DNA of 64,000 nucleotides from Tubiluchus corallicola. Taxonomy: Eukaryota; Animalia; Priapulida. The stretch lies in the NCBI GenBank assembly GCA_030141605.1, contig JAQGDQ010000001.1, positions 1-64,000 of the forward strand, read 5' to 3'. Position numbers and translations under genes: made by a program. Shown here piece after piece: positions 18,098 through 32,650 of the stretch (within the stretch, counting starts at the first letter, position 1; the number at the start of each line of letters is the position of its first letter). Below the pieces are notes generated by a model. That model was not told the origin of the DNA, made no database searches, and saw nothing but the letters and a program-made list of their open reading frames with translations.

Positions 18098-19657
18098 ATG
18101 GCATCGAAACAAATTGTATTAGGTAGGATTAATAATGACTGTCACTGCAGAATTATATTAATTATGCTCGAAACTCGTTTATTTACTGAAAACCTGTGAG
18201 GTAGATACAATCATTTATGAATATTGTAAATTAAATATTACAATAAAATTTTACCAAATTGGGTATGTGAGGTAAAGATACAATGCGTGTGGAATCAACA
18301 CAAAATCAAACAAACAATGAACAGTCTAGTACAAACTTATTCGGTATGATCTAGGTATAAATACACATAATTAGCAAATACTCATGTTGCTGGCGACTAA
18401 AATTAGGCGACTAAATCGCAGTCATTTGACAGTTTTTAAAATGTTCTGTACAAATTTGTCAATTTTACACTAATATGATGGTTTTACTTGAGCAAAGTAG
18501 AAACCATTTTCAGCATTTACATTATTTTGATAGTATTTTGACAAAAACAATTTCCTTTTGTTTTTGAAGAGACCACATTGGAAGACAATGATGATGTTTC
18601 ATTGTTTGTAACATAGGTGCAACTTAAATTTGAAAAATTTGTTCTTATTTTATTTGTATTATTTCTGTAACCAGGGGGGTTCAAGTATCCTCTTTTTTCT
18701 ATCAATTTTTTACTGCATGTCCAAAGGTTGTAAAATGAGTATGTTTTTAAAAATTACAAAAGTTATTGTTGGTTTCTTCATAAATAGTTATGGATTTGAA
18801 CAAAGATCTGCTGATTGATAACACTAGTTTATGCCACTAGTCACCCTAATATTGGTGGATCTATAGACCTATATGATACACCTATTAAGACTATTTATTC
18901 TTTGTTTTAGTTTTTGAACAGTATCAGAAATCTCGAACATATTTTGTTCAAACAGTTGCTGAGCTTGCATCAAGACCACAAAATATAGAGGCTTTACAGA
19001 ATGAAGGTTAGTTTGTGTTTTTATGTGGCTGAAATAGTAGTAGCAATTATATAAAATATGGAAGTTTGAAATGTGTCAGGTGATGAGGTCCCTCAATCAG
19101 ACCTTATTTGCTAATATGTGACATTGTACGCAGTGATAGCAATCCAAATTAGTTAGCCTAATAAATATTACTGTTTGTTGCACTATGTACACATTTTATG
19201 CGTATATTAATTTGAAAATAATAAATCTTCTGAGCTTTGTACCTACCTGAAAGTTAATACGTGAATGGTTACTATAGGTGTGATGCCTTTGCTGAGACCA
19301 CTGCTGTTAGATTCTGTGCCAATGATTCAGCAGACTGCTGCAGTAGCTTTAGGACGATTGGCTAATCACAGCGATGATTTGGCTGAAGCTGTTGTCAAAG
19401 GAGATATTCTTCCCCAGTTAGTGCAGTCACTAGCACAACAAAATGTAAAGTTCATGGTGTCCATGTTTTTTTTACATGCTAAATCATACGTCCTATTGCG
19501 AGGTTTATCCTATTTCATTTGTTTTATTTAGTTTTTTGTTCTTTTGTTTGTTAGTCTGTTTTTGTTATTTTCATTCACTGTCATCACTGTTGTTGTCATT
19601 TGTCTGTTTCTTGCTTGTTCTTTTACAGCGATCATCATCGTCATCATCATGATCATT

Positions 19658-19692
<35 letters not shown>

Positions 19693-22600
19693 TACTTTTG
19701 TCATTTTGTTGTTGTTGCTGTTACCATTATCATTGCTGTTGTTTTTTGGTGGTGCCATGGTCATTGTCAATGCTGCTGTTGTTGTTGTTCTTGTTGTGTT
19801 TGTTTCTTGCTTGCTGTTTTTGTTGTCCTCATCATCATCATCATCATTGTCGTCTTCATTGTTGTTGTCATTGCTATATTTGTTATTTTGCAATGACTGT
19901 TTTTATTGTTGTTGCCATTACCGTTGTTGTTGTTGTCTTGTTGCTGTTGCTATTGTTGTTAACTGTCGTCATTGTTACTGCTGCTGCAGTTACTGATGTT
20001 GTTGCTGTTGCTTTTGTTGTTGTTTGCCTCTTTTTGCTGTTTTTGATATCACCATCATGTTTTCTTCATCGTCATCATTACCATCATCATTGTCATTGCT
20101 GTCATCATTGTTACATTTGCTGCTGTTGTTGCTGTTCTTATTGCTGTTTCCGTTACTATTGTCGTTGTTGTTATTGCTATTATTGTGTAATGAGATATAG
20201 AAATGGTCTCTTTTCTGTCTAGTGCCCAATTTTCCATTACTAGGCTTTCCTAGTACAAAATTTTCCCTGTACCATATTTTCTTAGTACCAAAGCTTTTTA
20301 TATCACAGTTTCTTAGTACTAAACATTCCTGTTATCATATTTTTCTTCTAACAAACATTCCCTAAAACCGATTTTCCTAGTACGAAAATTTTTTTGTGTT
20401 GTGCCTGAAGATCATAGTACTGAATTTACCTGTACCAAAATTTCCATGTGCTAAAAATTCCTTATACCAAGTTTTGCCAATACCAAACTTTCTTTGTACC
20501 AAATAGACCTATACCAAACTTGCCTTTACCAAACTTAGCTTGTACCAAACCTTCCTAGATTCATTATACTTTACTGAAAACTTAACAAAGAATTAACCGA
20601 CATTCTTCAATTATCAAAAAGAATTCAGTTGTAGTGACTAGTAAATGTGCTATTTACAGAGAATTTGTTTCAAACAGTATGTGACATGTTGGTATGGGAC
20701 ATTTGGGCATCAATAAAATTTAATGTTGTACCTTATTTTTTATTTTTCTTTATTAAATTTTAATGACTTGCTACAATATCGTAACTCTCAGAACATTTTT
20801 TTAAGAATCATCGCTTCATCAAAGCAGAATAATGCAGTAATATATATACATGATATTATAACAATTGAAACCAGTCACTTGACTTTCCACTTGCTGGTTT
20901 TTTCTTAATTCACTATTTTGTGTATAGCTTTTAAAATGAATGAAGCAGAAGAAGACACTGCAAGTTTACATCAGCATTTTATTAGATCATGACAGCATTT
21001 TATTTCAAAAATATCTAGTGAATCACAAAATTGTAAGTAACAGAAATGTGCACCACAAAAAAATCTATTCATGCGAAAATTTAGCATCAGTACCACTACT
21101 ACAGCAGTTTAACTAGTATTATAGCATAATATTGTATTCAATGAACAGGTACTTTGTGTGATTTAGAGGAAACCGAGCCAGTATCCATTGTTTAGTTCAT
21201 TAATCACTTAATTATAATAACCAACTCCAACATGACTAGCTGGCAGACCAAATGTCTCGATCGTGTTCAAGTGCCTAGGCTGCACCCAATTTTCTTGTGT
21301 TCAGATGACTGTGCCCAAATTTCCTGTCTACAGTTTCACAATATCTTTTTAAAAACCGTGGCATTTTTGCTATATTGGTTGTGGTTTGAAGATGATGAAT
21401 TTAATTTAGCCGAAATGTCATGGTTGTTCATAAAGATGTTTGGGAAACAAACTTGGACACTTGTTTCTCTATACATTTTATATGTTCTTGGATACAAAAA
21501 TTACACATTATCTTTTCATCCAGTCAGTGTTTTAATAATGTGTAACAATTTGCTTATCTTGTTTTGTAGAAATTTTACAAAACTGCGGCTGCTTTTGTCC
21601 TTCGTGCTGTTGCTAAGCATTCACCTGAACTTGCTCAAAAAGTAGTTGAGTGTGGAGCTGTAAATGCTCTTGTGGTTTGCTTAGAAGAATTTGATCCCAG
21701 AGTGAAAGAGTCTGCTACTTGGGCACTTGGCTACATTGCTAGACACAATGATGGTAAGCACTTAATCTAGGTAACTATATACTTTACTTATTACGTGCAG
21801 ATGTTTATGACCAACAGTTCATTGCATAACATTTTAATATGATTTAATTCACACCCTTACAAATGAAAAGTGAAGCATTTATAATTTCCTTTTTATGTGT
21901 TGATGTAAGATGACGTGACATGCTGCCTTTGAAATATTTCTTTTGTTGTGGTTGAAAACCTTGTTTTGCAAACTGTCAAATTTCTTCTTTAAAAACACCA
22001 GTTAATTGATAGTCACATACTCAAAATTAATAAATGATGCTGTAACTTTGGCAAATTTGTTTCCTTTAAAGGTCAGCTGATTTCTTAAATGTGATGGGTA
22101 GGAGTGAATGTCAAAGGTTTGAGTTTTTTAGTTAGAATTCAATTCAAACCTAAAATTATAGATTTGAATTATTCTGTGCTTCAACTACATATGTTCTCTA
22201 TTGTTGAATCGTCGGAAACATTGTGCAATCAGCACAGTTTGGCTGCTACTTCCATGTACAATTTTTGGACAAATTAATTTGTGTTTTTACTGCAGAACAA
22301 AATCAAGTACTATGCATGAAACGCTTTTTATTAGTGATTCAAACATTTGTTAAAAAATCTTTGAAACCAAATTCAAATTTGATTAGGATTGGAAAATGAT
22401 GAAATTAGGTTTGATTCGAATTCGAAAGTTACAAATTTGCAATTCGGCTTGAATCATTTTCTGGTAGAGAATGCTCACCCTTAATGATGGTCTGCTTGTT
22501 AGGAAGTCTGAAACTTGTGCAGAAAAGAAAAGAAACTCTAAAATGAACTTTTATGCTTTCGTAGGTGTACGTATAAAAAATAACCATTTTGTATTTTGTC

Positions 22601-25600
22601 TTTTCAAGTTTTATGTCGCTATAGGTGGACAAAAAAATCATTGTTTTGCATTTTTTTGTTTTCAGCCTTGGCTCAGTCTGTTGTTGATGCCGGTGCCATC
22701 CCATTGTTTTTACTCTGCCTTCAGGAGCCAGAACTTTCACTGAAGCGAATAACAGCATCTGCTCTGAGTGATATATGCAAGCACTCACCGCATTTGGCTC
22801 ATACTGTGGCAGATGCAGGAGCTATTGGCTATTTGACGCCATATGTACTCAGCAATGACTGCAAGCTCAAGGTAAGTACAGTACGTATATAAGTAACTTC
22901 AGAGTTTAAAGCTGGCTGTTCAAAAACATATTCGTAAATCACAGGTTTTGTAATATAAGTTCCGAACTTCATTTACAATAAGCATGATTCACTGAGTAAG
23001 TATAGATTATTTTTCTGCAATGTTCTGTTTTCTGCAAGCTAAAGTAAAATTATCAACTTCAAGTTATATATAGTGTCATTTGCACTTGAATAATTTTAAT
23101 ATGCTGGTAAGTCATAATATTTGTATTTGTAAGAAATTTGCCACTATTGTGCCACTATTTTAAGCTATTTTAATCTTGGTTTTGTTTATTGTTTCACTAC
23201 TGTTTTAGCGACAAGTATTTTCGGCACTCAGTCAAATGGCAAAGCATTCTGTAGATTTAGCAGAGAGAATTGTTGAAGCTGAAATATTTCCTGCTGTGTT
23301 CAACAGTCTAAAGGATCCAGATGAATATGTGCAGAAAAATATTGCGACACTTATTCGTGAGATAGTAAAGCATACTCCAGAGGTACTATTACACTACGTA
23401 TAATAATACGTATATCTACATATATAGTCAATTATCCTCAGTCAATCTTGGAAACTCTATTCTGAAGTTTGCGTTGCAACATACTTTCATATGGTTGAAA
23501 TATTTGGTAAAATTAAGCTCTTGTAATAATTAAAAACAGTTTTACTTTGTGTAGCTAGCTCAACTTATTGTGAATGCTGGTGGTGTGGCAGCCATTATTG
23601 ATTATGTTGGAGACAGTCGTGGTAATGTTCGTTTGCCAGGAGTAATGATGCTAGGATACGTGGCAGCTCATACAGAAACTCTAGCAATGGCTATCATTTT
23701 ATCTAAGGTAAAAAGATTTTGCTTCAAGTTAAGCTGGTTATAAAGGATGTTAATGACAAGACTGAAAAAACTTATTAAAATTTCACGAAAAGGAAATTGA
23801 TAATGATGTGAAGCAGTACATATTAAGTAGATTTGTGTATCAAAGTGATGTTGGTCTGATTTCATAACTATGAGATATTCATAAGGTTATTATCAAAAGC
23901 ATTAGGTCATAAACCTAATAAACATAAATCACTGTAATGATGCCATGCTGAGCTCATAAGCATGGGATCACTAATATATGAGCTCACTGAGTGATTAGAA
24001 GCCTGATGTCAGTATGAACTCAGACTGATGAACTCATACATACCTCATGACATGTAAGCATACTTAGAGCAATTTGTTCTGTCTAGGTAGTTGTATGAGA
24101 TCACAAATTGTTTAAGCAGTTGTTACAGTAACTGTAATAACAGTAGAATTTGAAGCCAACCAAAAATCCATGAATCAGCAAGATGACATGTCTGAATTTA
24201 AACCATTATAAGCTCATAAGCATGGGGTCACTAATATATGAGCTCACTGAGTGGTTAGAAGCCTGATGTCAGTATGAACTCAGATTGATGAACTCATACA
24301 TACCTCATGACATGACATCAGCATGAGGTCTCTGTGAGGTCATTACTTCAGCTGAGCATTCTGTAAAGTCATGAGGTCAGTATGATTTAAAGATGTGGTA
24401 TCAGGTTTAGCTCAGGATGAATTAATGATTTTGATCACGTTTTGTGATCATGCATGAGCTCACAGTGACTTCAGTATGACATCAGATTCTACATACAGCA
24501 CTAAGAACTTTATAGAGCCCCCTTGACTTAACATGCAGTTAGCATAGTTTCCAAATGCAGTTTAGGTACTATGGAAAATGGCTGCCCCAACTTCATTGTG
24601 GAACCATGCAGTGCCCCGTCTTCGGTGCCAACAAGCTTGTCTCTGATTTGTAGATTTAGTATCCGCCACATTGGCTCGGGAAAATTGGGTGCGACAATTT
24701 TGGTACCAGGCACTTGGGCGTGAGACATTTGGGTGCCAGTGCTGACTCACAATTTGCATCGACCACATAAGAAATGCATTATTTCTGTACTGCATTAAAA
24801 ATCATGCTGCCCATTAGGCTAAAATTTTTGTGGGAATCCTCGTCCATTGCCTGATTTATACTTCCTTTTAAAATAGCTAAAGTTTTTTTAAGAATTATTA
24901 TTGTGAGTATGATCTTGTAAAACTGTAAATATATACATATATAATGCAAAATTAACCAAGCCATTGTTGGAATCTAACCTAATCTGACAGAATGTTGTCC
25001 TGAGGATCATTGTTATTTGGGAGTATTGTAGCTAAACTTCTAGCTTTTTTAAGCATATATTAAATCTAGATGGCAATGCAGCAGATTATTAGATCATTGA
25101 AAGTGTGTGGTAGCGTAATTTCTTGATAGAACTCAGAAGGAAAATTTATTTTTGCTAATCATACGATTTTCAGAGTAGTTAATCATATTATTCATTTTCA
25201 AATACATTTTGCTATTTTTATTTGTACGGACAGGGTACTTTGTAATTGATCAGACTTATGGTGCATGGTGGTATATGGTGCACAATATATATATATATAT
25301 CAAGGACTACTATACAACAGGACATGCACGCTCAGATCTCTGAATCGGCTAGCAGAGGCGATCTATTTTTAACATTTAGTGCTAATAATTTGGACATATT
25401 TACCCCCCATGGTGACCTATAGCATGCCACAATACACATAGAACATATTCCTCATTCATCTAGTAATTTAAAAACAGTGGTACCTATGATATCCCCTCCC
25501 CCCCAAAAAAACACACCATATCTGCAACTCATTGTGTCCCGAAGATTACCTGTCACTTTCTCTAGAGAATAAACAGACTGCACCATTTTGTCAGGACTAT

Positions 25601-28600
25601 ATAAACTCATTCATAGGTTCCTCTGTGTAAATTAGAATACATGAAATTATTGCACTCACCATTTTGCAGAGATGTTTGCGACAATTAGTCGGCTAGTCGC
25701 GCCTTCTTAATGGAGGTCTGGTAAAGGGCTGAGTTCTGCTGGTGATCCTTCTCCAAATTGTGTAGTCCATGCAGCAGTACATTCGCCAGGCGGCTCAGAG
25801 CATTTCTTGAAAATTCTCCAAAATCAAAGTAGGCATTGATTATGGACAGGATGTTCATGAGCTTGTTGCGGCAGCAGACTGTGTGAGTTGACTTCTTCAC
25901 AAAACACAAGCCAGTTGTTACGAATTCGAACGTGAATGTGTGGGGCACTGTAAGACCTCCCCTAGACACTTCTTCAATGAACATTTTCATTTCCTCAGAA
26001 AGGAGAGGCTCATCCTCGGGAAAAGAAATGTCATTTTGGCACTTACTCTCCAACCAACCTGCGACATATGCACACGCGTTCAGTTCAGTTTTGGAAAGAG
26101 TCTCGTCAACACAAATCTCCATAATTTTGGCATCCTCGAAATCAATCCCCTTGCATGTGTGCAACTGGATTTCGGATGATGTGTCTGTGTCCACAAACTC
26201 CAGGAATGATGCAGATAAACGCGCCAGTCTCCGCTTGAATGCTGAACAGACATCTCCAGCTTGCATGAATGCATTGGCCCCCCTTGACTGCCTGTAAACT
26301 GAGAACTCACCCTCTATTCTGTCACTCTGAAGTTCACGCAATAATACGTAGTGAAATCCAACAGAAAACAAGTGCCTACAGATTGCGAGGAGTCCCTCCG
26401 TGGTCTGAATCAAAGCTTTTCGCGTATCATGTGTCAGGCATTCAATTCTATTTGGTTCGTGTCCTGATTCGGTTTGCTTAAACAGAGTCAACAACGACTG
26501 AAGAGTATCAGATGTATCTTGTTGAACAGATCGATCAGGGTCTCTCATCCTCGTGTCTTGACCTCTGGCAGAAACATTTACCACATTCCACCAGCGTAGC
26601 ACTTGCTGAATGAATTCTGCAGTGTCCTGGGCTCCTCGAAGTCTCAGCGATGCAACGATACGATCGTTGAACACCCTCAGGACATGTTGCACATTCTGGA
26701 GCTGAAGTTTCGATGGGAAGACTGCAGAATATGTCAAAGGTGTTGACTTCAGCACATTGTCTTTCTCAGCTTTGTAAAGACTTTTTACTTCAGCACATGA
26801 GCCAACAGTTTTCTTGTCAAGCGATAATCTCTGACATTTCTCCGTGATCCAGTTGTTCCTGATACATTTCAGAATGTGGATGGTATCATACAACAGGAAC
26901 CACGCTCGTGTATTTTCCAGGGGATGTTCAGCCTCCCAGTCTGTTCGTCTGGTAAACAATTTGCAGTATTGTTGGTTGATCTTGTGGTTGTCCGTCATGG
27001 ACCCTAAAACAGTTCCTCCCAAATTCTCAACCACTGTAGCAGCCTCCTTCACGATCAGCTTGTGAACGGGGGTCACTGATATCATCACGCTGGGGCCACC
27101 ATGTAGACATTTAGCCATCACACATAGCATTGATGTAGCTTTACTGTCTGGCTCGTTTTTTGCCATGCCATTTAGCACACCCCCTGAAAAAGCCACTGTT
27201 GGACGTATTTTCACTTCATCCACCAATAGCATACAGTGTTTCTGCTCAGAGCTTTTCACTTTCTGAAATGTTTTACCTAGCACCTTGTCAATATCTGTCG
27301 ATGAAATAACTGACTGCAGCTTTTTTTTGCTGGGTAACACTAAAAAGTGACGCAGTTGTTCGTAATTGCAATGGGGAAATGACTCTATTGCAAAGCAATA
27401 ATCAGACACTGTGAAAGTCTTATCACTTAATAGTCGAAGCTGTCGTGTTAGAAATTTGAGCTTCTTGGCTTTAGCATTAACACTAGGAGATTGTTCTCGA
27501 TTTTGAGCTAGTTCAAGTTCACTTTGTTGACAATATCATCAACATGATGAATGTGGTTGACAACAGAATTCACAACCGCGAAAAACTGTGAGTAAGAGGA
27601 CAGCCCATTGTTCGGACTGAGGATTTTACTTAATGGCACACTGATCCCGTTTTTGAAAGCATACAGAGTAAGAGGGGAACACAAGGTAGGCTTATTGTGA
27701 ACAATAATTGAGATATAACATTGACTGTGGTCCTCTTCCATGAACATGCACACAAATTTGTCTTGTGTGCGAGATATAATGAGGTTCTGATACGTCTTAT
27801 GCAGGTCTTTCTCAGGAGTGAATTCATTGAGAGAAGTTATTTTATCCTTTTTTAAAGAAATAATTCAGCTGCTGGTCCTCAGTTTTTGGAGGGCGAGGTG
27901 GTGGCTTTGGAGTGGGCAAGCATGATGTTGGAACGTTGAAAATACTGGGTGGATCCACTGGCCTGGTGTGACCACCTGGAATTTTGACCATTTGAGTATC
28001 CGATGGCCAATGCTTTTCGCAAATGAAAAATTTCGTTGGATCAACAACAAAGCCTTCGCGTGGGGGAAGAACACTTAGCCATTTCTGTTTTTCTACATGA
28101 TCTCTTGGCAGTCTGAACACACGACACTTCTCCGTGTCATAGTTACCTTTGCATTTTACAACACCACACTTGTTAGGCATTCTGCTGAGCACAGATGTAT
28201 AAAATCCACGAGAAATTTTGAAAATAATCCACAAAGAAAGAAACACAAACACGAAAACAACGCTTCACTTGACTTTGAACAATGACACATTAACAATGAC
28301 AAAGCACTACTTCCGGTAAAACACACTTATGCCTAAAGTAGTGCGCTATTTAAGAAGTAAAAATGAACACTAATTTCCTTTGATACATAAAATAAACAAT
28401 TGGTACTTTTCTCTCGTAATGTAAAGAACCAATTAAATGAAAAATAATACTCGCTATCTACCGATCCGCCCATTCTTTAATTTCCAAGATCACTACTCTC
28501 TAAAGCGCACTATTTATAGATTACGTTCATACAAGTATTGATCGCCTCCGCTGGCGGAATCAGAGATCTGAGCGTGCACGTCCTGTGTATAGTAGTCCTT

Positions 28601-31600
28601 GATATATATATATATTATTGCATGTAAAATTGCCTATAAAATATTGACATTGTTAGACAGCAGTGTAGTACTAGCTTGTTATATGGAAATTTGGGAGTAT
28701 TGTAGGACTAGCACTGTTATTATGGAATAGGATGTATGTAGTTAGTACTATAACCAGTTTCAAAAATATATTTTATATTTCAGGGAGTACAAGAACTGGC
28801 AAATGCACTTGATGAAGAACAAGAAGATCATATCAATGCTGCTACTGTTTGGACACTTGGTCAGATTGGTCGCCATACGCCTGTTCATGCAAAAGCCTTA
28901 TGCGAAGCGAATGTGTTACCAAAGTTACTACAGTGTTTTATAAGTGATAAAAGCTCAGAGGATCTGCAGACAAAGGTATATCGAAAATCTTTGAAAATAA
29001 CAATAATGCTACAAATCTCACAACCAATACCATTGTGCACTATCGTCTGCTCGTCAAACACTACTCGCACTGCTTATTGATGTCTTTGATATTGTAGTTG
29101 TGGTTGGTCAAGAATAACAGCAATAAAATTAAAAATCAAAAATTTGTTAAACTAAAATAAACATGCTTTGTTTAGCAACCTTCACTGCCACCCATGGGGG
29201 ACAGTACATTTTGGCTCTGGAAAATTGGGTGCGGCAATTTTGGTACCAGGCACTTGTGCGCTGGCTCACGTGGGCGTGAGACATTTGGGTGCCAGTGCTG
29301 ACTCACAATTTGCATCGACCACATAAGAAATGCATTATTTTTGTACTGCATTAAAAATCATGCTGCCCATTAGGCTAAAATTTTTGTGGGAATCCTCGTC
29401 CACTGCCTGATTTATACTTCATTTTAAAATAGCTAAAGTTTTTTTTAAGAATTATTGTTGTGAGTATGATCATGTAAAACTGTAAATATATATATATATA
29501 TATATATGTAATGCCAAATTAACCAAGTCATTGTTGGAATCTAACCTAATCTGACAGAATGTTGTCCTGAGGATCATTGTTAGTACAACTTAATAGAACT
29601 ACAGTAGCAAAATATTTATTTATTCTAATAAATGTTTAAAATGAACAGCTATTCTAATATCTAAAAGGTAAAAAACAATTTACTTTTGGGAATTCACAGA
29701 ATAACTTGGTTCAAGAACCTGTAAGCTTTCAAACCCAATTTTTTGTAAGTGTGTTTATCTATAGCTAGAACTGTGAGATTGAGAATTTCTGGACAATATC
29801 CAGTTTAATCATGGAAACATGCCTCATGTGAATTTACATGTGCTTCTTTCTCATGCACTTAAAAGCTATTTTTTGTTCTACAGGCAAAAAAAGCTCTCAA
29901 GAATGTCTTAGAGAAGTGCACACATTTACCTGCTTTAGATCCCTTATTGCATGATGCACCACCTACCATTCTAAAGCATGTTATTGCACAGTATAGTAAG
30001 GTAAAGCTCTGGTTTTCTGTTTCGAGTTTATGTGCATTTTTTGTAGGAATTTTATTTATATACAGAATGTTTTTGGTTTAATCCATTGCTCGATTTTTGA
30101 TTTGTGCTTAGATTGTTTTTATCTTCTTGTGTACCACTGTTTGTTAATTAAATAAATTAAATGCTAAAGCACTGTCTGGGTTTGCAGTATACTGCAATTA
30201 ATACTGGTCATTATTAGCATATAGTACGTTATGTATCTTATAGATTAATTATAGCAAGAGTTAGAAGTTCGTGTAGGGGTTTTTTGTAGCTTTACAAAGT
30301 ATTACTTTCTGTTTTGCATTTGTTCAGTGTATGTATCAATTTTTTAGCAGTCAGCTTAGACATTGTTCCCTATAAACAGTGAGGGTACTGTTCTGCTTGT
30401 ATACTACTATTTAGTTGTTTCTGGCAAAACGCTAGCACGAGATGACTAACTTCCTATTATTCCCATGATGGGAAGAAATGTACCAATGTTGGGGCAGCAT
30501 TTACAAGAGTTGATCACAGGGTAAAAGCGGAAATCTTTGAATATAAACATTTGTCTTTAGGAGTTTGTGAAACATATTTCTTGAAAATTTTTGACAAAAT
30601 AACTTTAATAAAACATGGTAGATGTTTTGAGCTTTTGCTGTGTTATAGTTTAGTACCTCTTTCAGCTCTACTACTCTTTTTCTTCAGGTTCTACCACACG
30701 AGAGCAAAGCTCGTCGGTTATTTGTAACGAGTGGAGGATTGAAAAAAATACAGGAATTGAATCCTGAACCGGGCTCATCCTTGATGGAACTTGTTAATGC
30801 AATTAATAATTGCTTTCCAGAAGAAATTGTTAGGTAAGCATATTCAAAGCAATTTGTTCTGTCTAGGTAGTTGTATGAGATCACAAATTGTTTATATTTA
30901 AACAAATGTATATATTTGAAATATTGCCACATCTTGTATACAGCCAATATTTGCAGTCTTGCAGACATAGTCTGTGGGATGCTTCTGATGCAGGAACACA
31001 ATCTTTTACTTAAAATGTAAATATTTTGCTCAAAAAAATAAATTTAAAGTTTAAATGCATTCCTCTCTTTATTAGCAAAAATAGCAAACCTGTTTCACAT
31101 TCTAATATTAGTCAAAGTTGCAAGTTATAACGTAAATGTTATCTGTTTTGGGAGGCATATATGCATACAAAAAATGTCCTTATGTCACATGTTGTCCCAG
31201 TTTGTCCCTTTGGGCTGAAATACTCATACTAATAAAAACCATACTAATAATAATAATAACTACTAATAAAATTTGGCAGCGGTTTGTCTAGGCATTTGTG
31301 CATAATTATAGAGCTAATGCGGGCGATCTCATTCTATCAATAGGCATGCTGCTATAAAGATGAGATTTACTGATTCATGCAGCAGCATTGCTGGCTGCTC
31401 CGAAGTCTTCCAGCCTACAGTATAAATATTTCAAGTGCCACATAATAGTTTGAAAGTTTTAAGTGTTACCATACTGACCTAGGTTCGTTGCTAACGTGTT
31501 CATGTCGTAATATCTTATGCGACACTTCTCAGTTTAGTTACTTTATAGCGCTCATAAGCTCTTAAGCAACTTCAGACATAAGTAATACTTAGATGCATGA

Positions 31601-32617
31601 GACTGAAGAATGGTTGTTTTTTGCAGAATGATAGTATTCATATTATGCCTCAGCAAAATGGCAGAAAAGGTGATTTAAGTGAGCCAAAAAAATCAAGAAT
31701 GCCGTTCTTAGTGTAGGGCTAAGAAATTTCAAGGAACAGTATCTAACATAAGCTAACAAAGTTGCATAATGCTAGGTATCACAGCTTTAAATCACTTCCT
31801 CCTGTTTTAAAACATTTCTACTATTAATCAATATCCACAAAGTTATAAATTCATTATACTTATTGCTGTGTTGCCAATGAAAATACATGTAAGTAGTGAT
31901 AATAGTCGAAATACTGGTAAACTTAGATGTTTTAGAAGTCCCACTTTTTTAAATTTTTATTAGGTTCGGCTCTTAAATCTTACTACTTAACTCTTGCTGT
32001 TGTTTACTACTCAAGTCTTTAGACCTTTGGTGCTTGATGGCATACTGGAAAATTCATTATTAAACAGAAAAAAGAGCATTTCTACGTCAGCAGCAACCAC
32101 AACAGCAACAAGAACAAAACCAACAGCGATGACAGCAATGATAACGATGATGATGATGACAATGATGATGATGTTGAAGATGATGGTGATGATGATATAA
32201 CAAGTGCAACATGCAAGAAACAAACAAGGAAACAAATAACAAAAGCAACAACATTGGCAGCAACTACAACAGCAGTAACAACAACAACAATGAGGACAAC
32301 AACAATAGCAGCAGCAACAAAACAATAACAACAGTAATGGCAACAGCAACAACAACAATAATGTGCAGCAACAACAGCAGCAGTAGTAAAACAACAAATG
32401 TAACAATGACAACAACAACAATGATGATGAAGACAAGAAACAAACATACAAGAATAACAACAAAAGCAACATACAACAACAACAACAGCAGTAATAACAA
32501 TGTTGACATCAACAATAATAGTGACAACAATAGCAACTGCAAAAAACAACAGCAATGATAATGGCGACAGCAATAGCAATAAAACGGCAAAATGCAATGA
32601 TGATGATGATGATGATG

Positions 32618-32650
<33 letters not shown>

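Noticed and set aside
19528-20237. Cys/His/Leu-rich ORFs in several frames (also 31994-32769 and 14913-15325)
   Set aside because: These are translations of intronic di- and trinucleotide microsatellites, not proteins.
20220-20555. Periodic GTACCAAA arrays (and the 235-bp array at 5478-6437) as CRISPR-like arrays
   Set aside because: Eukaryotic intron context, degenerate units without unique spacers, and no cas genes.
27840-27860. TTTAAAAAAG slippery-like site in the transposase as a programmed -1 frameshift
   Set aside because: Restoring the frame needs +1, not -1, and a second indel lies downstream; mutation or homopolymer error is simpler.
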